DNA of 32,000 nucleotides from Candidatus Blochmanniella floridana (lineage in GTDB: Bacteria > Pseudomonadota > Gammaproteobacteria > Enterobacterales > Enterobacteriaceae): NCBI GenBank assembly GCA_000043285.1, contig BX248583.1, forward strand, positions 330,001 through 362,000, given 5' to 3'. The notes below the pieces were generated by a model that was given only the letters and a program-made list of their open reading frames with translations, was not told where the DNA came from and did not search any database. The position numbers were made by a program, and so were the translations under genes. Each line of letters opens with the position of its first letter. The stretch's first letter is position 1. Positions 1 through 8,934 of this stretch are shown here, one piece after another.

Positions 1-1223
1 AAGCTACTGGTCGAAAATATGTACGTATGGCATTAGGTGGTATGCGTGATGAAGCAGAAATTCGAGGACATCGAAGAACTTACATTGGTTCTATGCCTGG
101 TAAGTTAATACAAAAAATGTCTAAAATCGGAGTGAAGAATCCTTTATTTTTATTAGATGAAATTGATAAAATGTCTCTTGATATGCGTGGAGATCCAGCT
201 TCTGCTTTATTAGAAGTATTAGATCCAGAACAAAATGTTGCTTTTAATGACCATTATTTAGAAGTAGATTATGATTTATCTGATGTTATGTTTGTGGCTA
301 CTTCTAATTCTATGAATATCCCGAGTCCTTTATTAGATAGAATGGAAATAATTCGTTTATCTGGATATACTGAAGAGGAAAAATTAAATATAGCACGTCG
401 ACATTTGTTATCCAAACAAATAGAACGTAATGCTTTAAAACCAGGTGAATTAGTCATTACAGATAGCGCTTTAATCAGTATTATTCGTTATTATACTAGA
501 GAAGCAGGAGTGCGTAATTTAGAACGGGAAATTTCAAAATTATGCCGAAAGACAGTAAAAAGTTTGTTAATGAATAAAGAAATTACTTGTATAACAATTG
601 ATGAGAAGAACTTAAAAGATTTTTTAGGGGTACAACGTTATGATTGTACTCACGCAATACAGGAAGATCGAATAGGACAAGCTACTGGATTAGCCTGGAC
701 AGAAGTAGGAGGAGATTTATTGACTATAGAAACCGTATGTGTTCCTGGTAAAGGTAAATTAACATATACTGGATCTTTAGGAGAAGTTATGCAAGAATCG
801 ATACAAGCAGCTTTAACTGTAGTACGTGCTCGAGCAGATAAATTAGGAATTAATACTGATTTTTATGAAAAAAAAGATATTCATGTTCATGTTCCAGAAG
901 GTGCAACTCCTAAAGATGGTCCTAGCGCTGGTATTGCTATGTGCACTGCTTTAGTTTCATGTTTAACTGGTTATTCAGTTAAGGCTAATGTTGCAATGAC
1001 CGGAGAAATTACTTTAGGAGGTCAAATATTACCTATTGGAGGATTGAAAGAAAAGTTATTAGCAGCGCATAGAGGCGGAATTAAAACAGTATTAATTCCG
1101 TATGAAAATAAAAGAGATTTAGAGGATATGCCTGCGGTTGTTGTAGATAATTTAAATATTCATCCTGTAAAACAAATAGATGAAGTATTAACTTTAGCAT
1201 TACACAATATTTCTGTAGTATAA
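1..1223 (+). CDS. lon: Lon protease, C-terminal ~400 aa (5' end lies upstream of the window)
   Basis: The reading frame is already open at nt 3 ([13 protein letters not shown]...), so the gene is cut by the window edge. The translation is collinear with the C-terminal half of E. coli Lon ([28 protein letters not shown]). It includes the proteolytic Ser motif [11 protein letters not shown] and the catalytic Lys region [19 protein letters not shown] stop at 1221-1223. Confidence 0.95.
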   Translation, partial: ATGRKYVRMALGGMRDEAEIRGHRRTYIGSMPGKLIQKMSKIGVKNPLFLLDEIDKMSLDMRGDPASALLEVLDPEQNVAFNDHYLEVDYDLSDVMFVATSNSMNIPSPLLDRMEIIRLSGYTEEEKLNIARRHLLSKQIERNALKPGELVITDSALISIIRYYTREAGVRNLEREISKLCRKTVKSLLMNKEITCITIDEKNLKDFLGVQRYDCTHAIQEDRIGQATGLAWTEVGGDLLTIETVCVPGKGKLTYTGSLGEVMQESIQAALTVVRARADKLGINTDFYEKKDIHVHVPEGATPKDGPSAGIAMCTALVSCLTGYSVKANVAMTGEITLGGQILPIGGLKEKLLAAHRGGIKTVLIPYENKRDLEDMPAVVVDNLNIHPVKQIDEVLTLALHNISVV

Positions 1224-1267
1224 TTAATATGTATGAGATTAAGTTTTAACATCCATTAAAAATACAT

Positions 1268-1378
1268 GGTAGTGTGTTTATACATCGTAACTGTAGTTAA
1301 CAGTTTTGTTGATTTAGTCAGGTCTGGAAAGAAGCAGCTATAACAAAATTGTATACAGTTACGATGATGTGTGTTATT
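1268..1378 (+). ncRNA. ffs: 4.5S RNA (signal recognition particle RNA)
   Basis: Not visible in the ORF track. 1311-1340 reads GATTTAGTCAGGTCTGGAAAGAAGCAGCTA, matching SRP-RNA domain IV (E. coli GGUCAGGUCCGGAAGGAAGCAGCC) with the GGAA tetraloop. The two differences next to the tetraloop (C to U before it, G to A after it) are compensatory, giving U-A in place of C-G. CATCGTAACTGTA (1283-1295) pairs perfectly with TACAGTTACGATG (1354-1366), closing a ~110-nt hairpin. A T-rich tail follows at 1376-1393. The position between lon and apt matches E. coli ffs. Ends are approximate (about +/-5 nt). Confidence 0.82.
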
Positions 1379-1774
1379 TTTATTGTTTTTTTTGAAAAAT
1401 GAGGGTTAATTTAATGTAGAATTTTTAAAATTAAATTAAGCGTAAGTTATGTTATATTTGAAAAATGTATGATGAAATCTATAAAATTTAATATAATTAC
1501 ATTAGTTTATGTATTGGAATCTGAGATTTAATATATTTCATGTATTAAATCATTGAATAGTTAATTGAATTAATGATAATGATTAGGTTAATCAATGAAG
1601 TTATTGATATGTTTTGTATATATAGTTAACAAAGTTAATCGTAAATTTTGATAATTGTATAAATAAATAATGCAATAGTTATTGTAATGGATGTATATTT
1701 AGTAAGATTTGAAGCTACTTAATATCATGAGTTAAATGATATATTTTGTGCTTTCAAAAAAATGGATCAAGAAT

Positions 1775-2326
1775 ATGATAAGTCATACAGATCATCAATT
1801 AACTTTGATTAAAGAAAATATAAAATTTATTCCAAATTATCCAAAGCAAGGAATTTTATTTCGTGATATCACTGCTTTACTAGAAAATCCTCATGCATAT
1901 TCTGCATGTATTAAATTATTAGCAGATCATTATAAGAACCATCAATTAACTAAAATAGTGGGTGTAGAAGCTCGTGGATTTTTATTTGGATCGCCTTTAG
2001 CATTGATATTAAAGTTAGGATTTATTCCTGCCAGAAAAGCTGGTAGATTACCACGTAATACGATTAGTGAATCATACGTTTTAGAATATGGTACTGGATG
2101 TTTAGAAATGCATAATGATTCAATTATACCAGGTGATAGAGTTTTAATTGTAGATGATTTATTAGCTACCGGTGGTACTATCAAAGCTGTGGTAAAATTA
2201 ATTCGAAGATTAGGTGGTGAAGTATATCATGCTGCATTTGTAATAGATTTAGAAAAATTAGGAGGTAAATTGTTATTAGAAAAAATTGGAGTGCATCCTT
2301 ATAGTTTAGTAATATTTTCTGATTAA
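1775..2326 (+). CDS. apt: Adenine phosphoribosyltransferase
   Basis: Full-length similarity to E. coli Apt ([27 protein letters not shown] loop [23 protein letters not shown]). The ORF opens at 1736, but the ATG at 1775 gives 183 aa, the same length as E. coli Apt, and the alignment begins there. Confidence 0.92.
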   Translation: MISHTDHQLTLIKENIKFIPNYPKQGILFRDITALLENPHAYSACIKLLADHYKNHQLTKIVGVEARGFLFGSPLALILKLGFIPARKAGRLPRNTISESYVLEYGTGCLEMHNDSIIPGDRVLIVDDLLATGGTIKAVVKLIRRLGGEVYHAAFVIDLEKLGGKLLLEKIGVHPYSLVIFSD

Positions 2327-2390
2327 TAGAATAATTAGGTGTAAAATTTGATTTAATATAGTGATTAAATTATTTTCAAAGAGATGATAT

Positions 2391-4016
2391 ATGAATTATA
2401 AGGTATTTGCTCGTAAATGGCGTCCAAAGAAATTTTGTGAAGTTGTAGGACAATTACATGTTGTTAAAGCGATTATACATAGTTTGAATTTAAATAGAAT
2501 GCATCATGCTTATATATTCACAGGTACAAGAGGATCTGGAAAAACTACTATTGCTCGATTGTTTGCGAAAGGATTAAATTGTGAGACACAAATAACATCA
2601 GATGTATGTGGAAGTTGTAAAAATTGTTCAGATATTGAATCTGGATGTTTTATTGATTTAATAGAAATAGATGCAGCTTCTAAATCTAAAGTTGAGGATA
2701 CTAGGTCATTTTTAGATAATGTGCAATATAGCCCATCTCAAGGTAAATTTAAAGTATATTTAATTGATGAAGTACATATGTTATCCAGGCATAGTTTTAA
2801 CGCTTTATTAAAAACATTAGAAGAACCTCCAAAACATGTTAAATTTATTTTAGTGACGACTGAATATCAAAAATTACCAGAAACTATTTTATCTAGATGT
2901 TTACAATTTTATTTCAAACCTTTAAATATTATTCAAATTGTTACACAACTTAAATATATATGTAATCAAGAAAATATTAATATAGATACAGAAAATTCAT
3001 TAGAATTCTTAGCTTATGCAGCAAGAGGTAGTATTCGAGATGCGTTAAATTTATTAGAGCAAGCTATGATATTAGGGAAAAACAATATAACTATAGATGT
3101 TATTAATAGCATGCTTGGTTTATTACATATTGAACATGCGTTATCTTTAATTGAAAGTTTAACAAATGGAAATATTAATAAAATTATGAATCAAATTGAT
3201 AATTATTCAATTTTAGGAATTAATTGGGATTATCTTTTTGAAGAAATACTTATTGTATTACAAAAAATAGCAATTTATCAATTTTCACCACACTCTTTAA
3301 AAAATCAAATAAGTATTGTTGAAATAAAAGATATTGAAAAGCGTATGCATAAATTAAGTGATTTTATATCTCCTGAAAATGTACAATTATATTATCAAAT
3401 ATTTTTATTAGGTCGACGAGAATTGTCTTATGCTCCTAGTCATCGTATAGGTATGGAAATGACTATGTTAAGAGCTCTAGCGTTTTGTCCGGTGAACTTA
3501 GATTCAAAAAGTGAGCAATATTACAATTCAGAGAATACTTCAAATAAAGAAGAAGTATGCAAAAATTTTTCAAAAAAAAACGTAACTCAATTAATAAACA
3601 TAAATAAATATACTGATTCAATTTCTGATAAGAAACAACAAATACAAAATAATTTTAATAATGTGACTCATACAGAAAAAATTAAAAATATTCAAGATCT
3701 TACTAATGTATCTGGTTCAAAATTAGAAAAGTTACAATTATCACTTACTAATCAAGCTGTGATAAATAACAAAATAATTTCTTCTAATTCTAAAATTAGA
3801 CCTCAATATCCTATATCTCATGTTACTTCTGAAATATTAGATGCTCGTAATAAACTTATTAAATATCAAAGAGATTACAAGCAATCTATGTTAACTAAAA
3901 CAAAATCTAATATTAATACACAAGATGAACAGGGGTTAGAAGATATATTGAGGCGATTTACTAATATTGATGTCAAAATCTCTAAAGATGGTGATATCCA
4001 TAATAAAAAAAAATGA
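2391..4016 (+). CDS. dnaX: DNA polymerase III subunit tau/gamma, frame-0 part (541 aa, gamma-like product as encoded)
   Basis: Contains the P-loop GTRGSGKTT, the four-Cys Zn module C..CGSCKNC, DEVHML, the SRC motif ILSRCLQF and the domain III segment YYQIFLLGRRELSYAPSHRIGMEMTMLRALAF. The frame ends ...HNKKK then TGA (4014-4016), directly after an A9 run (4005-4013). Confidence 0.93.
   Translation: MNYKVFARKWRPKKFCEVVGQLHVVKAIIHSLNLNRMHHAYIFTGTRGSGKTTIARLFAKGLNCETQITSDVCGSCKNCSDIESGCFIDLIEIDAASKSKVEDTRSFLDNVQYSPSQGKFKVYLIDEVHMLSRHSFNALLKTLEEPPKHVKFILVTTEYQKLPETILSRCLQFYFKPLNIIQIVTQLKYICNQENINIDTENSLEFLAYAARGSIRDALNLLEQAMILGKNNITIDVINSMLGLLHIEHALSLIESLTNGNINKIMNQIDNYSILGINWDYLFEEILIVLQKIAIYQFSPHSLKNQISIVEIKDIEKRMHKLSDFISPENVQLYYQIFLLGRRELSYAPSHRIGMEMTMLRALAFCPVNLDSKSEQYYNSENTSNKEEVCKNFSKKNVTQLININKYTDSISDKKQQIQNNFNNVTHTEKIKNIQDLTNVSGSKLEKLQLSLTNQAVINNKIISSNSKIRPQYPISHVTSEILDARNKLIKYQRDYKQSMLTKTKSNINTQDEQGLEDILRRFTNIDVKISKDGDIHNKKK
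4005..4013 (+). repeat. A9 homopolymer at the dnaX frame junction (candidate slippage / frameshift site)
   Basis: Nine consecutive A counted directly (4005-4013), followed by TGA and six more A (4016-4021). Frame 0 stops here. The +1 frame stays open on both sides of the run. Confidence 0.9.
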
Positions 4017-4515
4017 AAAAATCTTTGCAATACAAACTCAATCTAATAATATCAATATTATAGATTCGTTTTTATATTGTGAAATTACTAATACTCTTAA
4101 TGTTATTATATATAATATATTACGGAAAGCATTACAAAATGATTCTTGGATATTACAAATATATCAATTATCATTATCACAACAATCAAAACGATTCCTT
4201 TTAAATACTTGGTGTGAGACTATTAATAATGATCAAATATATTTATATTTAAGACATAATTATCAGCATATGTATTCTAAAGAATTACATAGTCTCTTAC
4301 AAAAAGAATTAAGCAACAATTTTGAAAAATTGATTGTAGTACATATTATTAAAAATAATAATTGTTTAAAAAAAACACCTATTGAATATATTTATATGTT
4401 ATATAAGGATAAAATACTACAATTAAGTCAAGAATTATTAAAAGATCCATATATTAAATTAGTTCAATCTCTTTTTAATGCAAAATTTGATGCAAAAAGT
4501 ATTGAGTTAATTTAA
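4005..4515 (+). CDS. dnaX: dnaX continuation in the +1 frame: tau C-terminal domain (domain V, alpha-binding). Not an independent gene
   Basis: The +1 frame ORF (open 3967..4515) encodes ...ALQNDSWILQIYQLSLSQQSKRFLLNTWCE..LYLRHNYQHM..TPIEYIYMLYKDKILQLSQELLKDPYIKLVQSLFNAKFDAKSIELI. This aligns with the extreme C-terminus of E. coli tau (DPWAAQVSQLSLPKLVEQVALNAWKEE..CLHLRSSQRHL..TPLEWRQAIYEEKLAQARESIIADNNIQTLRRFFDAELDEESIRPI). There is no plausible own RBS or start; the track 'start' at 3967 is a TTG inside dnaX frame 0. Confidence 0.85.
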
Positions 4516-4621
4516 TTAATTTATTTTATTTGTATTTTATATGATTTATAATTTTTATATACATATTGGATTGTATATCACACATGAATATTAATATAAA
4601 TTTCTTGATAATATAATATAT

Positions 4622-5302
4622 ATGTACAATATTATCTTTTTAGGTCCTCCAGGTTCTGGAAAAGGAACTCAGGCACATTTAATTTCTACTAAATATGGAA
4701 TATCTAATATTTCTGCAGGAGAGATATTAAAACATGCATTATCTGTGACAAAATTTCATTTTAATTTTAATACTGATAATATGTTAAATCAGATAAATTC
4801 TGGAAATTTAGTAGATGATGAATTAATCATTCCATTAATTATTAAACGTATTAGACAAGATGATTGTAAAAAGGGTTTTATATTAGATGGGTTTCCTAGA
4901 ACAATAGGACAAGCAATAGCTATTGAACAAAATAAAATTGCTATTGATTTTGTAATAGAATTTAATATTTCAGATTCTGCAATTATTAACCGAATAGTAG
5001 GGAGGCAAGTTCACATAAAATCTGGGAGAACATATCATATTAAATTTAATCCTCCTAAATTAGATGGGATAGATGATATTACTGGAGAAAAATTAGTTAT
5101 TCGTGCTGATGATAATGCACAGGTAATACTGCAAAGATTAAATCAGTACCGAAAATATACCATATTTCTTTCAGATTATTATCAAAAACAATCTCAACAA
5201 GGAAATATGCGCTATTTTATTATTAATGGGAATCAAGAAATTACTAAAATTTATAAAGAATTAATTAATATTTTTAATTTTCATATATTTAAAATGAATT
5301 GA
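4622..5302 (+). CDS. adk: Adenylate kinase
   Basis: P-loop GPPGSGKGTQ, FILDGFPRT, and lid region GRQVHIKSGRTYHIKFNPPK all match E. coli Adk. Collinear over the full length. TGA at 5300-5302. Confidence 0.95.
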   Translation: MYNIIFLGPPGSGKGTQAHLISTKYGISNISAGEILKHALSVTKFHFNFNTDNMLNQINSGNLVDDELIIPLIIKRIRQDDCKKGFILDGFPRTIGQAIAIEQNKIAIDFVIEFNISDSAIINRIVGRQVHIKSGRTYHIKFNPPKLDGIDDITGEKLVIRADDNAQVILQRLNQYRKYTIFLSDYYQKQSQQGNMRYFIINGNQEITKIYKELINIFNFHIFKMN

Positions 5303-6046
5303 TTATTGTTTATTTAATGGAAAATGTATTAAATTTATATCATCATTTTTTTCATTTATTGTTGCTACTGATCCATATTTATTCCATTGCCCCAAGACTA
5401 TTCGTTTGAATGAGATGTTTTCAGAGATTTGAATATTATGAATGGCAGGTTGATGTGTATGTCCATGAATTAAAATTTTTGATTGATTTTTTATTAACAT
5501 ATCGATAACTGTCTGTAGTTTAATATGTAGGTTTTGTTTTAACTTATATTTTTTATATTTTATGCAAAAAGTACGAGCACAGTTAAAGATATATAAACGC
5601 ATCGATAATGGTAAAGATAAAAAAATTTTTTGTAATATTTGACAATGTAAAAAATTTCGTAGTCGTTGATATGATTTATCATCTATACATAGTGTATCTC
5701 CATGTAATATTACTACATTTTTACCTGATGGTAATTTTAAAACTTGACTATCTGGTAATAATATCATATCACATAAATTAGCATATTTAGGACCTAACAA
5801 AAAATCATGATTACCTCTTATGAAATAACATGGAACTTTTTTTTTATGTAAAGATTGTAATCCTTTTGCAATAGTCATGTGCATGATATTTTTTTCATCA
5901 TCTCCTAACCATACTTCAAACAAGTCACCTAAAATATATAAAGCCTGTGCTTGCATAGCATGATTATATAAAAAATTTAAAAATCCATGAATAATTTTAG
6001 GTTTTGTATTACATAAATGAACATCAGCTATAAATAATATAGACAT
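5303..6046 (-). CDS. lpxH: UDP-2,3-diacylglucosamine diphosphatase (lipid A biosynthesis)
   Basis: MSILFIADVHL..ALYILGDLFEVWLGDD..CYFIRGNHDFLLG..ILHGDTLC..IHGHTHQPAIH match the metallophosphoesterase motifs and the overall sequence of E. coli LpxH. Confidence 0.93.
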   Translation of the reverse strand: MSILFIADVHLCNTKPKIIHGFLNFLYNHAMQAQALYILGDLFEVWLGDDEKNIMHMTIAKGLQSLHKKKVPCYFIRGNHDFLLGPKYANLCDMILLPDSQVLKLPSGKNVVILHGDTLCIDDKSYQRLRNFLHCQILQKIFLSLPLSMRLYIFNCARTFCIKYKKYKLKQNLHIKLQTVIDMLIKNQSKILIHGHTHQPAIHNIQISENISFKRIVLGQWNKYGSVATINEKNDDINLIHFPLNKQ

Positions 6047-6242
6047 ATTATGTATCTTAACAAGATATTACTTTAAGTTATAATTGTTATATAATTGTAT
6101 AATATGAAAAAAAACATATAATATTTGCATCAATTAATTCAAACTTATTATGTACGTTTATTAAAATGTAAAAATTAATATTCTAATTTATGTACACTGC
6201 ACTATAACATATACATGAAATAAATCCTAAAAAAATAATATT

Positions 6243-7667
6243 ATGCTAAAAATTTTTAATACTTTAACTAAAAAAAAAGAAATATTTAAGTCCATAAAAT
6301 GTGGTGAAATCAAAATATATGTTTGTGGCATTACTGTATATGATTTATGTCATCTAGGTCATGCTAGAACTTTTGTAATTTTTGACACTATTTTACGTTA
6401 TTTAAAACATTATGGTTATCAAGTTAAATACGTACGTAATATTACAGATATAGATGATAAAATCATACAACGAGCTATTAAAAATAACGAAACAACGGAT
6501 CACTTGGCAAGTCGTATGATTCAAGAAATGTATTTAGATTTAGATATTTTAAATATACTACGACCCAATTATGAACCTAAAGTTACAGATCATATTGAAT
6601 TAATTATTAATTTTATTCGTTTACTGATTGAACGAAACCATGCGTATGTTACATCTGATGGTAATGTGATGTTTTCGATTCAGACTGTTTATAATTATGG
6701 AGTTTTATCTTGCCATAAAAAAAATCAAACATTTACTCAACGCAACATACGTAATAAAATGATCAAGAAGGATCCTGTAGATTTTGTCTTATGGAAAACT
6801 GCTAAATCAGGAGAACCATATTGGATTTCACCATGGGGGAAAGGTAGACCAGGATGGCATATTGAATGTTCTGCTATCAGTCATGCTTTTTTAGGAAAAC
6901 ATATAGATATTCATGGTGGAGGGTCAGATTTAGTTTTTCCGCATCATGAAAATGAAATTGCACAATCTACCTGTGCACACCATATTACTGTAGATTCTTA
7001 TGTAAATACATGGATACATACTGGAATGCTTACATTTAATGATGAAAAAATGTCTAAATCATTAAATAATTTTTTTACTATACGTGAAATTATTCAGAAA
7101 TATGATCCTGAGACTATAAGATACTTTTTATTATCTGCGCATTATCGTAAACCGTTAAGATATAGTGATAATAATATAAAAAATGCCCGCTTATCTTTAA
7201 AACATTTATATAGTGCTTTACATGGAATTAATTTTAATCCAATAGTTCAATTATATGATAATAATTCAGAAAAATATTTCATATCAAAATTTAATAATAA
7301 AATGAACAATGATTTTAATTTTCCTGAAGCTTATTCAATACTTTTTGAAATGGCTCATGCATTAAATATAGCAAAAATTAAAGATCATGTACGTGCAAAA
7401 AGCCTAGCAGCACATTTAAAATATTTAGCAAACATTTTAGGAATATTATATCAGGATCCAGAAATTTATTTAGGATATAATACATGTATAAAAAATAATA
7501 AGCAGTCTTTGACTGTTGAAAAAATACGAGAGCTAATTTATATGCGGGAAAATGCTCGTAAAAATAAAGAATGGCAATTATCTGATAAAATACGCAAAAG
7601 ATTAACTGAAATAGGAATTATTCTTGAAGATAAACCTACAGGAAAAACTATTTGGAGATATAATTAA
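6243..7667 (+). CDS. cysS: Cysteine--tRNA ligase
   Basis: [27 protein letters not shown] (HIGH-type motif), [30 protein letters not shown] and KMSKSLNNF. Collinear with E. coli CysRS. Confidence 0.96.
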
Positions 7668-8554
7668 AATTTTTTAAAATGTATCTTTTTTTTTGAATCA
7701 CAACAAACGTGAGCATGATATGCTTGTAATGTATTTTGAATTAAAGATATTACAGTCATTGGTCCTACTCCACCTGGTACAGGAGTGATGTAGGCTGCTC
7801 GTTTATAAGCACTAGGAAAATGAACATCACCTACTATATTTCCATTTTTTAGTCTATTAATTCCAACATCTATAACTATAGCTCCTGGTTTTATCCAGGA
7901 ACTAGGGAGAAAATTGGCTTTACCAACAGCTACAATCAGTAAGTCAGCATTTTTAACATATACTTGTAAATTTTGAGTAAATCTGTGTGTAATAGAAACT
8001 GTACATCCAGCTAATAATAATTCCATTAACATTGGGCGACCTACGATGTTTGATGCTCCAATGATAACTGCATTTAAAACAAATGTATTTATATTATACC
8101 ATTTTAATAATGTCATAATTCCACGAGAAGTGCAAGGTCGTAACATAGGGGATCGTTGACATAAACGACCTACATTATACGGATGAAATCCGTCTACATC
8201 TTTATCAGGAATAATATGTTCTAAGATTTTAATATCATTTAATTTATCTGGTAAAGGTAATTGAATAAGAATACCATCTATGTTTTTATCATTATTTAAT
8301 ATGTTAATAAGTTGTAATAATTCTGTTTTGGTTGCAGTTATAGGTAAATTATAAAGAAATGATTTAAATCCAACTTGTTTACATACCTTTTTTTTATGAG
8401 CTATATATATTTTAGAAATTGGATTATTTCCGATTAAAAGCATTGCTAATCCTGGAGCGCGTTTTCCCATATTCATATCTGCATATACTTTTTGAGTTAT
8501 ATCTTTTTTAATCCTTTCAGCAATATATGTACCATCAATTATTTTAGTGTTCAT
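7664..8554 (-). CDS. folD: Bifunctional methylenetetrahydrofolate dehydrogenase / methenyl-THF cyclohydrolase
   Basis: [40 protein letters not shown] and [12 protein letters not shown]. Collinear with E. coli FolD. The 3' end overlaps the cysS 3' end by 4 nt. Confidence 0.95.
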
Positions 8555-8715
8555 TTAACAATACATTCCACAGTCATTATAAATATATAATGATGGTGTT
8601 ATTTTTATATATATTATATTATATATAAAAAATATGTAATATTTTAAAAATGTATTTATTTGAAATAAATGTAGTTAAAAATTGAAAAATTCATAGAAAT
8701 GTTTTAGTTTATTCA

Positions 8716-8816
8716 GATATTTATTAATGCGCGCTCTTAACTCAATAGGATAGAGTAACGGCCTTCTAAGCCGTAAGTTATAGGTTCGAATCCTATAGAG
8801 CGCATTAATAAATATC
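8716..8816 (+). repeat. 13-bp perfect inverted repeat bracketing argU (arms 8716-8728 and 8804-8816)
   Basis: GATATTTATTAAT (8716-8728) is the exact reverse complement of ATTAATAAATATC (8804-8816). The arms sit 2 nt before tRNA position 1, and the 3' arm begins at the discriminator base. Confidence 0.85.
8731..8804 (+). tRNA. argU: tRNA-Arg (anticodon UCU)
   Basis: Manual cloverleaf. Acceptor GCGCTCT (8731-8737) pairs with AGAGCGC (8797-8803). D stem ACTC/GAGT. Anticodon stem ACGGC/GCCGT with loop CT-TCT-AA. T arm ATAGG-TTCGAAT-CCTAT. Discriminator A. No encoded CCA (followed by TTA). The position after folD matches E. coli argU. Confidence 0.92.
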
Positions 8817-8934
8817 ATTAAATAAATATTAATATAATATATTTTTTATATTATAAAATTATTATTAATTTAAAATAATTAATTTTTTAATAAAAATATC
8901 ATCAGATATAAATGTTGATATAATAACAGTTACA

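Noticed and set aside
1575-1593. Fur-box-like sequences: GATAATGATTAGGTTAATC (1575-1593, about 14/19 to GATAATGATAATCATTATC), GATAATGATAAT (29116-29127) and ATGATAATAATCAT (29234-29247).
   Set aside because: The Fur consensus is itself AT-rich, and partial matches are expected often at this base composition. fur is absent from its ancestral slot next to fldA. None of the sites sits at a convincing distance from a promoter. This is worth revisiting only if a fur gene exists elsewhere in the genome.
1736-1774. N-terminal extensions offered by the longest ORFs of apt (from 1736), rsfS (to 13438) and fldA (to 28927).
   Set aside because: Homology to the E. coli proteins begins at the internal ATGs (1775, 13366, 28897), which also reproduce the E. 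coli protein lengths. The extensions are hydrophobic or AT-biased with no counterpart. I cannot exclude them without expression data.
3880-3915. Looked for an E. coli-type dnaX -1 slippery heptamer (A AAA AAG) with a downstream hairpin at the position homologous to the E. coli gamma frameshift site.
   Set aside because: The homologous stretch reads ACT AAA ACA AAA TCT, with no slippery heptamer. The only frame-relevant run is the A9 about 35 codons further downstream, which is treated as a finding.
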